Shown here one piece after another: positions 18,692 through 27,922 of a stretch of DNA of 58,169 bases; the stretch's first letter is position 1; every line of letters begins with the position of its first letter. Made by a program: the position numbers and the translations under genes. The notes below the pieces were generated by a model. That model was not told the DNA's origin. It saw only the letters and a program-made list of their open reading frames with translations, and did no database searches. The stretch lies in the NCBI GenBank assembly GCA_039000165.1, contig JAWBTW010000003.1, positions 21,187-79,355 on the forward strand. Direction: 5' to 3'. This stretch comes from Candidatus Aenigmatarchaeota archaeon. Its GTDB lineage: Archaea > Aenigmatarchaeota > Aenigmatarchaeia > CG10238-14 > SCSR01.

Positions 18692-19168
18692 CTACTTTTT
18701 AACCTTAAGAAAATCAGAATATTCAAGAATCAACTCTTCTGGAACAACTATTTTCTTGTAGCTTAGGATTCCTTTTTCAGCAAGCCTCTTATCACAAGTC
18801 AGAAGAGCTAATTTTTTCCTTTTTGAAATGGATAGATGCAGAGCATCTTTTGCCTCTAAACCGAAATTTTTCACTAAACCAGCAATAGAAGAATTCAGAT
18901 GAAATTCTTCTATTATTTCAGCCTTACTTTCTTCTAGAAACTTTTTAAAAATATTAGAAATTTGACTTTTATCTAGTTTAAACTCTTTCTGCATTATTTC
19001 AAAAACTTCTGCCAAGGTCCATGAAGAAACAAAAATCTTAAAATTATTGTTTGAAGTCAAAGCCTTGATTATAAACGGAACTTTCTTTTTGTTAATCACA
19101 TTCTTAAAGTATCTTAAAACTATGTTTGAGTCAAGGTAAAATTTTTCAATTTCTATAAATTTATGCAT
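18692..19168 (-). CDS. PIN-domain (VapC-like) nuclease
   Basis: YLDSNI, LAEV, KDALHL and TCDKRL supply the four acidic PIN residues. ATG 19168 (or 19177). Confidence 0.88.
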   Translation of the reverse strand: MHKFIEIEKFYLDSNIVLRYFKNVINKKKVPFIIKALTSNNNFKIFVSSWTLAEVFEIMQKEFKLDKSQISNIFKKFLEESKAEIIEEFHLNSSIAGLVKNFGLEAKDALHLSISKRKKLALLTCDKRLAEKGILSYKKIVVPEELILEYSDFLKVKK

Positions 19169-19189
19169 AGAAAACATTTATATACTAGT

Positions 19190-19203
19190 AATATTTAAAT
19201 ATT
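19190..19203. promoter_or_regulatory. Perfect 14-bp palindrome AATATTTAAATATT (bidirectional TATA box or operator)
   Basis: Lies ~28-33 nt from both divergent start codons (19168 and 19229). Confidence 0.55.
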
Positions 19204-19228
19204 TTGAGAGTTCATTTCCGGTGATTTG

Positions 19229-19687
19229 ATGAAAATAAAAAATATAGAGTATGACACAAAAAATGCCCAAAAGATATTTGAACTACTTGAAAAAAGCCCT
19301 AGAGGATTAACCATCAGTGAAATCTCTAAGGAGCTTGGATTGAATCGCCATACCGTAACAAAACTTTTGGAGAGAATGCTCATAGAGAAAAAAGTAAATT
19401 ATGAGGAAAAAGGCCCAGCAAAAATTTTTTACTCAGTTGGGACAAGCAAGTTTGTTGGAAGAATCGATCAAGAGAAATGGGATACATTATGGTTTAATGT
19501 CTTTAGACCAAAGTACCCAGGAGAAGAAGAATTTTTAAGAATAAATCAAACGAAGCACGATTATCTTATTAGGTCTTCTAGTAAGTTTAAGTCTGTTGGT
19601 GCAGTTGCTATTAAAAAAAGTAGTTTAGTAAGCGTGATTAAGTTATTAAAAGAAGTGGCAAAAAGAGAGTTTGGTTTAGAAGTTTAA
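19229..19687 (+). CDS. Winged-helix DNA-binding protein with extra C-terminal beta/alpha domain
   Basis: GLTISEISKELGLNRHTVTKLLERM wHTH; SD GGTGA before ATG 19229. Confidence 0.8.
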   Translation: MKIKNIEYDTKNAQKIFELLEKSPRGLTISEISKELGLNRHTVTKLLERMLIEKKVNYEEKGPAKIFYSVGTSKFVGRIDQEKWDTLWFNVFRPKYPGEEEFLRINQTKHDYLIRSSSKFKSVGAVAIKKSSLVSVIKLLKEVAKREFGLEV

Positions 19688-20406
19688 GAAGCTAGCAACC
19701 CTAGAGTTGCTGCAATTATAAATATGATTTGTCTTATCTCAAACCTTGGTCTCCAGTTAAAGTAGTTAGAAGAAAGTTTGATCGTACCCTTATCTCCGTT
19801 TATAGTTACTTGATATTTACTAGAATTCAGGAATTTTATCTTTGGTCTGAAGCTTATAACTCTTAAGCAGCTAGGAAACTTTGCCAAATAAAAATTAAAC
19901 TTTCTATTTTTTTCCAAATAATTCCCTTTTAAAACTTCATAAATTAAACCTTCTATATTTCTGAACATAGCTTGTTTAAGTTCTATCGCATGCTTTGAAT
20001 AAATTTCCTTAAGTTTTTGTGAATCAAGCTTAAGAGGATAAAACTTTACCTTGAGCAAACTTTCAAGAAGAAGAACTATTTCTTCAGTTTTTTTGTCAGG
20101 ACCTCGGTAAACTTCAAGAGTTTTAGTTAAAGTGTTAATAAAGCAATAAGTTCTTTTCAAGATTTTGTTTTTACCGTTTTGTTTCAAAAAGCTGACTATT
20201 TCATAAATATCTTCTTCTGAGAAAGCTTTTTTTAAAGCATCCTCTAAACTTTCATAGTAAAAATACTGGATAAAAACCTCATTTTTATCGTATCTGCTAA
20301 CCTTTGCTTGAATCCAACCATCTTTAAACTTTTTATTGTTCAAAATGTTACATATCTCAAAAGGGGAACCAAGTTTTTCAAAAAGAAAAATTGTTATGGT
20401 TGGCAT
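19684..20406 (-). CDS. Hypothetical protein
   Basis: 240-aa ORF; no motif recognised. Confidence 0.75.
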   Translation of the reverse strand: MPTITIFLFEKLGSPFEICNILNNKKFKDGWIQAKVSRYDKNEVFIQYFYYESLEDALKKAFSEEDIYEIVSFLKQNGKNKILKRTYCFINTLTKTLEVYRGPDKKTEEIVLLLESLLKVKFYPLKLDSQKLKEIYSKHAIELKQAMFRNIEGLIYEVLKGNYLEKNRKFNFYLAKFPSCLRVISFRPKIKFLNSSKYQVTINGDKGTIKLSSNYFNWRPRFEIRQIIFIIAATLGLLAS

Positions 20407-20462
20407 AATTAAGAAGAGAAAAAATTAAGTTGATAAAAATTTTTAACTTAAAAAAGTGGTAA

Positions 20463-20912
20463 CTACCAAACAATCAACCTTAGCCAAACTCTCTTAATTT
20501 TACCGTTTAAATCTTGAATCAAAATCGGTTCTTCATAAGCTACCCTACTTATCGAGTTAGGAGGAAGTCTTCCATAATAAGGGGAAACTTTAAAGGATGT
20601 GAAGTTAAGAATTCCACTAATGTTGACAAAAAGTTGATAATTTTTGATTTCCTCTGGAGCATTAAAAACACAAGCCCATTGACCATTAGAACTAGTATTG
20701 GGACAATCTCTTTCTCTATCAAAAAAAATTTTCACTTTAGCGTTTGTGACAGGCAAACCGTTAGAGTCTCTTGCCTCGCCATAAGCTAAAATAGCATCCT
20801 CCCACCAGGAAACAGAAGAATTTAATTTCAAGGTTACTGTTCCCTCTTCGGAAGCGAAAGCAAAAACTAAAAAAATTACCGAAAGAATTAAAAAAAGTAA
20901 TAAGAGCTTCAT
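20463..20912 (-). CDS. Secreted protein with Ig-like domain
   Basis: Signal peptide MKLLLLFLILSVIFLVFAFA; G.ARDSNGLPVTNAKVKI and NGQWACVFNAP Ig-like strands. Confidence 0.75.
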   Translation of the reverse strand: MKLLLLFLILSVIFLVFAFASEEGTVTLKLNSSVSWWEDAILAYGEARDSNGLPVTNAKVKIFFDRERDCPNTSSNGQWACVFNAPEEIKNYQLFVNISGILNFTSFKVSPYYGRLPPNSISRVAYEEPILIQDLNGKIKRVWLRLIVW

Positions 20913-20951
20913 GTTTAATATTAAGTTATCTTAAATTAAAATTGTGATAGC

Positions 20952-21353
20952 ATGGAAAAAAAGGAGCTCCAAGAAAAAATCTTAGTTTATAGGCTTTTGG
21001 AAGCTAGGCTCAATTCTCTACTTAAAGAAAGGGAACTGCTGATAGCAAAAATCGTAGAAATTCAAACTACTTTACAAAGTATAGAGGAAATTAAGAAAAG
21101 TGAAGAGGTGCTCTTTGCCTTAGGCTCAGAAGCTTACGCTTTCGGAAAAATAAAAGAAAAAGACAAGATTATAGTTGAAGTTGGTAGTAACATAGCTTTA
21201 GAAAAAAATTTTGACGACGCAAAAAAAACTTTGGAGAAAAGGAGAGTTGAAATAGAAAAAACTTTGAATGATGCAGAAAAGGAAATTAACGAGATTTCTT
21301 TAAGACTTCAAGAACTTGCCCCAGAAATAGAGAAACTAGTTAAAGGGAGTTGA
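20952..21353 (+). CDS. pfdA: Prefoldin subunit alpha
   Basis: Coiled coils around LFALGSEAYAFGKI...IIVEVGSNIALEK; upstream of ftsY as usual in archaea. Confidence 0.93.
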   Translation: MEKKELQEKILVYRLLEARLNSLLKERELLIAKIVEIQTTLQSIEEIKKSEEVLFALGSEAYAFGKIKEKDKIIVEVGSNIALEKNFDDAKKTLEKRRVEIEKTLNDAEKEINEISLRLQELAPEIEKLVKGS

Positions 21354-22490
21354 ATGTTCGGAATTCTTAAGAAAAAAATCTCAAAAGCAATAGAAGCTAT
21401 CTCTGAGAAATTTAAGAAAAAAGAAGAAGTTAGCAAAAGGATTGAGAAAAAAATCGAAGAAATGGAAAAGAAAGAACCTGAAAAAGTTATCGAAGAAATA
21501 AAAAAAGAAACTCAAAGTGAAGAAGTTGAGAGAATTCTTGAAGAAAGTGAAAAGGAAATAAAAGAAGCTAAACCAAAGGAAAGAAAAGGTCTTATCAAAA
21601 AAGTTAAGGAGAAGATAATAAAGAAAATAAGAGAGAAGAAGTTAGAAGAAAAAGATTTGCTTCCTGTTCTTAATGAAATGAAGTTTGACTTGATAGAAGC
21701 TGATGTTGCTTTAGAAGTCGCAGAAAAAATAATAAACGAGCTTAAAAATAGCCTTTTGGGAAAAGAAATTAAGAAAGGTGAAGAGGGAAAGATTATAAAA
21801 GAAGCATTAAGGAAAAGTTTGTTTGAAATTCTTTCGGTTCCAAAAATAAGTCTTGAAGAAACAATAGAAAAAGCAAAAAAAGAAAACAGACCTGCACTTT
21901 TTGTTTTTCTTGGTTTTAATGGTGTAGGAAAATCTTTGAATTTGGCAAAAGTAGCTCTTTGGCTCAAGAATAAAGGTTACAAACCCCTGATAGCAGCAGG
22001 TGATACTTTCAGAGCTGCTGCAATAGACCAAATAGAGGAATACGCAAAACTTGTTGGCGCGCCGGTAATCAAGCAAAAGTATGGGGCTGATTCTTGCGCA
22101 GTAATTTACGATGCAAGAAAAGCTGCAAGCGCAAGAGGTTTTGATGTAGTTTTAGCTGATACTGCAGGAAGAAGCCACATGAATAAAAATTTGATGGAGG
22201 AACTAAACAAGATTTGTAGGATAAACAAACCAGACCTTAAAATTTTAGTTCTGGATAGCTTAAGCGGAAGTGATGTCATTAATCAGTTTAACTTTTTTGA
22301 TAAGGCTGTAGGTGTGGATGCGGTTATATTTTCAAAAGTTGATGTTAACGAGAAAGGTGGAAACATTCTTTCTGTTTGTTACTCTTTTAAAAAACCAATT
22401 TTATTCATTGGTATTGGCCAGAAACCTGAGGATTTGATGGAATATAACCCGAACTTTTTTGTTTCAAACTTACTAGAAAATAACGTTTAA
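21354..22490 (+). CDS. ftsY: Signal recognition particle receptor FtsY
   Basis: GFNGVGKS, AGDTFRAAAIDQ, DTAGR, SKVD..KGG; charged N-terminal region. Confidence 0.96.
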   Translation: MFGILKKKISKAIEAISEKFKKKEEVSKRIEKKIEEMEKKEPEKVIEEIKKETQSEEVERILEESEKEIKEAKPKERKGLIKKVKEKIIKKIREKKLEEKDLLPVLNEMKFDLIEADVALEVAEKIINELKNSLLGKEIKKGEEGKIIKEALRKSLFEILSVPKISLEETIEKAKKENRPALFVFLGFNGVGKSLNLAKVALWLKNKGYKPLIAAGDTFRAAAIDQIEEYAKLVGAPVIKQKYGADSCAVIYDARKAASARGFDVVLADTAGRSHMNKNLMEELNKICRINKPDLKILVLDSLSGSDVINQFNFFDKAVGVDAVIFSKVDVNEKGGNILSVCYSFKKPILFIGIGQKPEDLMEYNPNFFVSNLLENNV

Positions 22491-22558
22491 CTCTTTATTT
22501 TAAATAAAAAAGTCTAGAAAAGCGACCGAACAACAATTAAAAATTATATCACTGAGAA

Positions 22559-25500
22559 TTACATGCTATTGCTGTACATTCTCTTTATTAAAAAAATTAC
22601 CGAAACTCCTATAATCAAAACAATAGAGAAAACATCTAAATCGCTCATGCTACTACTTCCAATTTTAAGTTTTATGGTAATTTCTTTACTTCTTCTTGAG
22701 CTTTTTGAGGTTACGAGAACTTTAACTTCTTCTCCTTGGGAAGAAAATGCAAAAACTTTTATTTCTACTTTTGTAGAAACTACCGAACCTGGTAAAACAT
22801 TTGAAATTTCTTTATCATAAACTCTCGCTTGAACGTTAGAAGAAGTTGTAACGCTGAAATTGTAAGAATCTTTTGTTAATCCTGTATTTTTTACGTAAAT
22901 AGAAACAGGAAAAGCTTGACCTACAGTAACGCTTAATTCGCCAATTCCAGTCCAAATATCAAAATCAGCTTGTGTGCTACCTATACACTTGCAAGAAGCG
23001 TCACAAGTACCACCTGTACCACAGTCTGAACCTACTTTTTTACCATCACATTCTAAATCAGCTCCACATGCAGCATTACATATATCAGTACAAGAACCTG
23101 CTGAACAACCAAAAGGATTACAGGTTTGAGTATTTGCCAATTGCCAAAACTTATTACAATTTCCGAACCCGTCACATCTATATAGTTTTTGACCTTTTGT
23201 ACAAGGATCTTCACACTCATTTTGAATTAAGCAAGCAACAGAAGACAAACATTGCCCAGCTGAACAAGAGGTATCTACAGGACAATTTTCTGTATGACTA
23301 TAAACGCAATTGCAAGAACTATCGTAAACATAAACTTTTCTTCCACATGAACCATCACATTCTGACTTACATCTGTCGCCTGGAGTGCATGTTACACTTC
23401 CAGATACATTATAACTACCTGTAGCAACCGTATTTCCGTTAGGATCTTTTATTTTTAAATCCAAAGTACAACTTGTACCAGCTCTCTTAACTGTCACGCT
23501 AAAAGCATTAGTCAAAGTGCTACCTCTGTTTATAGAGAAAGAATTTGTGCTTATGCCAGTACTTGCGGAATCACAGCTTCCTGAAGTTGAATAAGAAATA
23601 GAATAAGTTATTGGGGAAATGCAATGACTGTTTGAAGAATCGGTAACATTTATGTTCCAAGTCTTAGTAGTATCACTCCAGGTTTCAAACTCAGGAGTAA
23701 TCGATAAGGAATAAGAACAGGCTCCACAGGGAGTTGTTTGCCATTTATATCCGTTATCGTAACAACACCAATAATCTGTGTTGTTGCAAGATTGCTTAGT
23801 GTTCACCTTAGTGGAATCACAAGTCCATTCATTTTTTACTATCCAATCACCAGTCCAGGCACAAACATTGCCAAACAAAGGAACACACTCATAATCTCTA
23901 CATTCTTCCCTTAGTTTTGAACCATACACAGCACACCTGCAATAATTGTTATCGTAATTGTCACAATTCTCAGATTGGTAAACACAATTTCCGTTTGAGC
24001 ATGTACCATAATGAACATAGTCACAAGTAATATCCTTACATTCATCTCCTGAAGAATGCGTGGCAGATTTTGAACAATGTTTTGTTCCGCAAGGGGCACC
24101 ATTATTGTAATCAAAATTAGCAGTTTGAGTAGGAGTATTACCTTTATCTGCGAACAAAATAGCTTCCATATCAATCTTTACAGTTGCAGGATTTGCTGTT
24201 CCTGTGTAGCCACCGCTCCAATTAGCAGTCCAGTTTTTGAATAGGTAACAAGTATAAGGAGATGCTGAGATAGACGCATTTGCGCCGTAATTGTACCATC
24301 CTGCGCCGGAAATATTGCCCCAGCTAGGATTGTTAGCTGTAACATTTAGGTAAACCTGATAAGCATAATAGGCTGTATAGGTTGCTGGGTAAGAAGGAGT
24401 AATTATCGAATGTGTTTGAGATCCTCCATCAGACCAGCTTAAAAAAATGAAACGAATAGCTGGTTTTCCTTTTAGATAATTGGGAGAAGGTGCTGATAGA
24501 TTATGTGAAGATCCTGGCAACCACTCAAAATAGCTTGGAGTTCGGTAAGGAACTTTGTCTACTTCTATAGTCAAACCCTGAGGAGATGAGTCGATTGTAA
24601 TTATCACAGGTTGAATTTTTGTATAACTACATACCTTTCTGTTCACAATGATGCTACAATTTTGTATTTCATCCATATAAGAGTCTGAGTAATTACACTG
24701 ATAAGCATCGCTAGAAGTTCCGGACATAACTCTTACTTTATAAGTATAGGAAGTATTTGTAACTACACATTTATCTATGGTAGACGGATCGTTATCGTTA
24801 CAATCGGAATCACTGTTACATTGATTGCTACCTGGCGCAATTAGAGTTTTAGAGTAATAGTTCCAAGTACATGCATCTTTGTCATAAACATTACATGCTT
24901 CTTGTTTTGAACCTTGATAGATGGAGATAACCTGCCACCAGTAGGCACCTGGAGCGGCAGTACCATAATCCGTTCCCTTAAAGTAAAAGGAAATGTTAAA
25001 AGGGTCTCCTACATTTACAACTGAAGGGCAACTTAAATCTTTAATCTTAGACTTGCTTACAGGTGTTTCGTCTAAATCAGCAGGAGCACCACAAGCAGAT
25101 TCACATTCTTTATCACCTTCTTTAGGTTCATCTCTTGGATAAATCGTAGTAGTGTCTGCCATGATTTTAACCTCTATTGGAGAATAAGCATCACATACCA
25201 CACACTTACCTTCTTTCCCATCAAATTTACCTTCATACCTGTCACAATAACATCCCCAATCCCACCTGTCATAATAAACTGCACAAACGGTATCTTCGGT
25301 AGAACCTGGGCAAGAACCTGTTTTGCATGCTGAATAGTACCCTGGACAACCTGCTAGACCTCCACAACAGTCTGGAAAGCCTCTACACAATTCGGAACCT
25401 ATTGCACAACTTTGCCAAGGTGACCAACCTATTTTAGCAAAACCACCTTCGCAGTACCAAAAAACCCCATCAGTACACTTATAACTTGGAGCTGGTCTAC

Positions 25501-25633
25501 CGCCACAATCGCAACCGCAAGCGGCAAAAGAATCCTTTACCATCAGTAGAAAGGAAAAAACTATTAGAGGTATTAAAATTGTGTTCCAAACTTTCAATCT
25601 CTTGAAGTTCATTGCCAACACTACCATTAACAC
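22559..25633 (-). CDS. Large Cys-rich surface protein with InlB B-repeat-like and Ig-like domains and C-terminal SDLxxFS-TM anchor
   Basis: N-terminal signal peptide (likely start ATG 25612 or 25627); many Cys clusters; GNISGAGWYNYGANASISASP..YLFKNWT repeat-like unit; C-terminal module shared with 2..892. Confidence 0.88.
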   Translation of the reverse strand: MLMVVLAMNFKRLKVWNTILIPLIVFSFLLMVKDSFAACGCDCGGRPAPSYKCTDGVFWYCEGGFAKIGWSPWQSCAIGSELCRGFPDCCGGLAGCPGYYSACKTGSCPGSTEDTVCAVYYDRWDWGCYCDRYEGKFDGKEGKCVVCDAYSPIEVKIMADTTTIYPRDEPKEGDKECESACGAPADLDETPVSKSKIKDLSCPSVVNVGDPFNISFYFKGTDYGTAAPGAYWWQVISIYQGSKQEACNVYDKDACTWNYYSKTLIAPGSNQCNSDSDCNDNDPSTIDKCVVTNTSYTYKVRVMSGTSSDAYQCNYSDSYMDEIQNCSIIVNRKVCSYTKIQPVIITIDSSPQGLTIEVDKVPYRTPSYFEWLPGSSHNLSAPSPNYLKGKPAIRFIFLSWSDGGSQTHSIITPSYPATYTAYYAYQVYLNVTANNPSWGNISGAGWYNYGANASISASPYTCYLFKNWTANWSGGYTGTANPATVKIDMEAILFADKGNTPTQTANFDYNNGAPCGTKHCSKSATHSSGDECKDITCDYVHYGTCSNGNCVYQSENCDNYDNNYCRCAVYGSKLREECRDYECVPLFGNVCAWTGDWIVKNEWTCDSTKVNTKQSCNNTDYWCCYDNGYKWQTTPCGACSYSLSITPEFETWSDTTKTWNINVTDSSNSHCISPITYSISYSTSGSCDSASTGISTNSFSINRGSTLTNAFSVTVKRAGTSCTLDLKIKDPNGNTVATGSYNVSGSVTCTPGDRCKSECDGSCGRKVYVYDSSCNCVYSHTENCPVDTSCSAGQCLSSVACLIQNECEDPCTKGQKLYRCDGFGNCNKFWQLANTQTCNPFGCSAGSCTDICNAACGADLECDGKKVGSDCGTGGTCDASCKCIGSTQADFDIWTGIGELSVTVGQAFPVSIYVKNTGLTKDSYNFSVTTSSNVQARVYDKEISNVLPGSVVSTKVEIKVFAFSSQGEEVKVLVTSKSSRRSKEITIKLKIGSSSMSDLDVFSIVLIIGVSVIFLIKRMYSNSM

Positions 25634-25743
25634 TACTAATATATATTTGTATTTTTTTGATGTTTAAAGTTCTCGATTAAACTTAACTTTGTTTTCTTCA
25701 AATTAAGTATTTATTATCTAAGCTTAGAAGTATTAATGGGAAA

Positions 25744-27066
25744 ATGTTCGATAGCCTGGGAAAAAACCTTAGTGGTTTGATAAGAAGAATAATAACAGGC
25801 GTTACCATAGACAAAAAAGCAGTAGAAGAAATTTTAGACAATTTAAAAGTAATTCTGTTGCAAGCTGATGTTGACGCTAAGCTTACCGAGGAGCTAATAA
25901 CAAAAATAAAGAGAAAATGTTTAGAAGAAAAAATTCCTGCAGGCTTAACTCTCAGAGAGCATGTGTTAAAGGTAATATATGAAGAACTGGTAAATTTGCT
26001 TGGAGGAAGACCATCTACTCTAATTGGAAAGAAAAAAATAATGGTTGTTGGTTTGTTTGGCTCAGGAAAAACAACAAGCATAGCGAAAATTGCAAAGTAT
26101 TTCCAAAAGCAAGGATTAAAGCCTGCTTTAGTTGCCTTAGATTATCATAGACCTGCTGCTGTTGAGCAACTTTTACAGTTAGGGAAACAAATTAACGTTC
26201 CTGTCTATTTTGATGAAAGTAAAGACCCTTACAAATGCGCAAAAGATGCTTTGGAGAGATTTAAAAACTATGATACAATAATTTTTGACACTGCAGGAAG
26301 GGATGCTTTAGATAAAGAGTTAGCAGAAGAATTAAGAAAATTGGGGGAAATAATTAAGCCAGATGAAGTTTTGCTAACGATTCCTGCAGATATAGGTAAA
26401 ATTGCTGGTCCTCAAGCAAATGAATTCAACAAGCTAGTAGGAATTACAGGAGTAATAGTAACTAAAATGGACGGCACGGCAAAAGGAGGAGGAGCCTTAA
26501 CTTCTTGCTTTGCTACAGGGGCAAAAGTTAAATTCATAGGAACAGGAGAAAAGCTAGAAGATCTAGAAGTTTATAACCCAGAAAGGTTTGTTTCTAGGTT
26601 GCTCGGCTTAGGTGATTTACAAACTTTGTTAGAAAAAGCAAGAGAAGCAGAAATCAAGCCTGAGAAAGTTGAAAAAATAATTGAAGGTAAGTTTACCCTT
26701 CAAGATTTTTACGAGCAAATTCAGGCTATGCAAAAAATGGGACCGCTTTCAAAAGTAATACAAATGATTCCAGGTTTAGGAATGCAGCTTCCAGAAGAAC
26801 TTTTAGAAAAACAGGAAGAGAAACTAAGGAACTATAAGTACATTATTGATAGTATGACCAAAGAAGAAAGGGAAAACCCAGAGATAATAAACTCAAGTAG
26901 AATTTCAAGAATTGCTAAAGGGAGCGGAAGACCTGAATCTGAAGTTAGGGAATTGCTTAGCCAGTATGAGAAAATGAAAAAGTTACTAAAAACTTTTGGT
27001 GGAAAGGCTGGACTCGAAAGAGGAAACTTGAAAAAGCTTGCAAAACAATTTGGATTTAGGTTTTAA
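25744..27066 (+). CDS. srp54: Signal recognition particle protein Srp54
   Basis: GLFGSGKTT, DTAGR, TKMDGTAKGGG, Met-rich M domain (SRISRIAKGSG). Confidence 0.97.
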   Translation: MFDSLGKNLSGLIRRIITGVTIDKKAVEEILDNLKVILLQADVDAKLTEELITKIKRKCLEEKIPAGLTLREHVLKVIYEELVNLLGGRPSTLIGKKKIMVVGLFGSGKTTSIAKIAKYFQKQGLKPALVALDYHRPAAVEQLLQLGKQINVPVYFDESKDPYKCAKDALERFKNYDTIIFDTAGRDALDKELAEELRKLGEIIKPDEVLLTIPADIGKIAGPQANEFNKLVGITGVIVTKMDGTAKGGGALTSCFATGAKVKFIGTGEKLEDLEVYNPERFVSRLLGLGDLQTLLEKAREAEIKPEKVEKIIEGKFTLQDFYEQIQAMQKMGPLSKVIQMIPGLGMQLPEELLEKQEEKLRNYKYIIDSMTKEERENPEIINSSRISRIAKGSGRPESEVRELLSQYEKMKKLLKTFGGKAGLERGNLKKLAKQFGFRF

Positions 27067-27067
27067 A

Positions 27068-27922
27068 ATGGGGGAGAAAAAAGTAGTTTTATTTTTTGCT
27101 GGAATTTTTCTTTTAACTCAAATTCTAGGGCTTTACATAGGTAACGAATATATTCAGCTAATAAAAGCTGGCGAAGCTGAACCTTTTTTTGAGAACCCAG
27201 AAAGCGTTGAAAATTCCGTCATTCTATTGATTTATATGCTTTTAATGACAGCTTTAGTACTACTAATAATCAAATACAGAATAGCCCTTATAAGAGCTTT
27301 GGAAGCAGTTGCTATTTTTGTTGCTTCGGCTTGGACTTTCGATTTCCTTTTTCCTGTTGTAATTTATTTCATCCCAGTCTCTTTAATTCTTGCTTCAGCT
27401 TTGACTGCCTGGAAAATTTTAAGGCCAAGTGTGTTAAACCAAAATCTTGCCCTCATTTTTTCAATAGCTGGGGTAGGAGCAATATTGGGTGCTTCTCTAG
27501 GAGTTTTTCCTGTTTTAGTTTTCATAGCGTGTATAGCAATTTATGACTTTATCTCTGTTTTTTTAACAAAACATATGGTTTATATAGCAAAAGAAATAAC
27601 AAAAACTCCAACTGCCTTTACTGTTGCTTTCCCTTATAAATTTGAAAAACCAAAAAAGGTTATCTTGAAAGAGAAAAAAATGAAGAAAAAAATCCATGTA
27701 TTTCAACTTGGAGGCGGCGACATAGCTTTACCCTTAATTTTTTCGGTTTCTGTGCTCAAAAGTTTTGGTTTAATTCAAGCGATTTTTTCAGTTTTTGGCG
27801 CTTTACTCTTTCTTTCTATTCTTGTTTATTATGTTACAAAAAGGCCAGGCACAGCTTTACCAGGAATTCCATGGATAAGCTGCGGGATGCTTACTTTTTT
27901 CATAATTTCTCTAGCATTTTAG
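27068..27922 (+). CDS. Presenilin/SPP-like GxGD intramembrane aspartyl protease
   Basis: YD motif (IYDFISV), LGGGD and ALPGIP; multi-TM. ATG 27068 sits 1 nt after the srp54 stop. Confidence 0.9.
   Translation: MGEKKVVLFFAGIFLLTQILGLYIGNEYIQLIKAGEAEPFFENPESVENSVILLIYMLLMTALVLLIIKYRIALIRALEAVAIFVASAWTFDFLFPVVIYFIPVSLILASALTAWKILRPSVLNQNLALIFSIAGVGAILGASLGVFPVLVFIACIAIYDFISVFLTKHMVYIAKEITKTPTAFTVAFPYKFEKPKKVILKEKKMKKKIHVFQLGGGDIALPLIFSVSVLKSFGLIQAIFSVFGALLFLSILVYYVTKRPGTALPGIPWISCGMLTFFIISLAF

Noticed and set aside
21910-21955. FtsY P-loop reads GFNGVGKSLN rather than GxNGxGKTTT
   Set aside because: The GxxxxGKS core, DTAGR and (S/T)KxD are retained, so this is probably tolerated drift.
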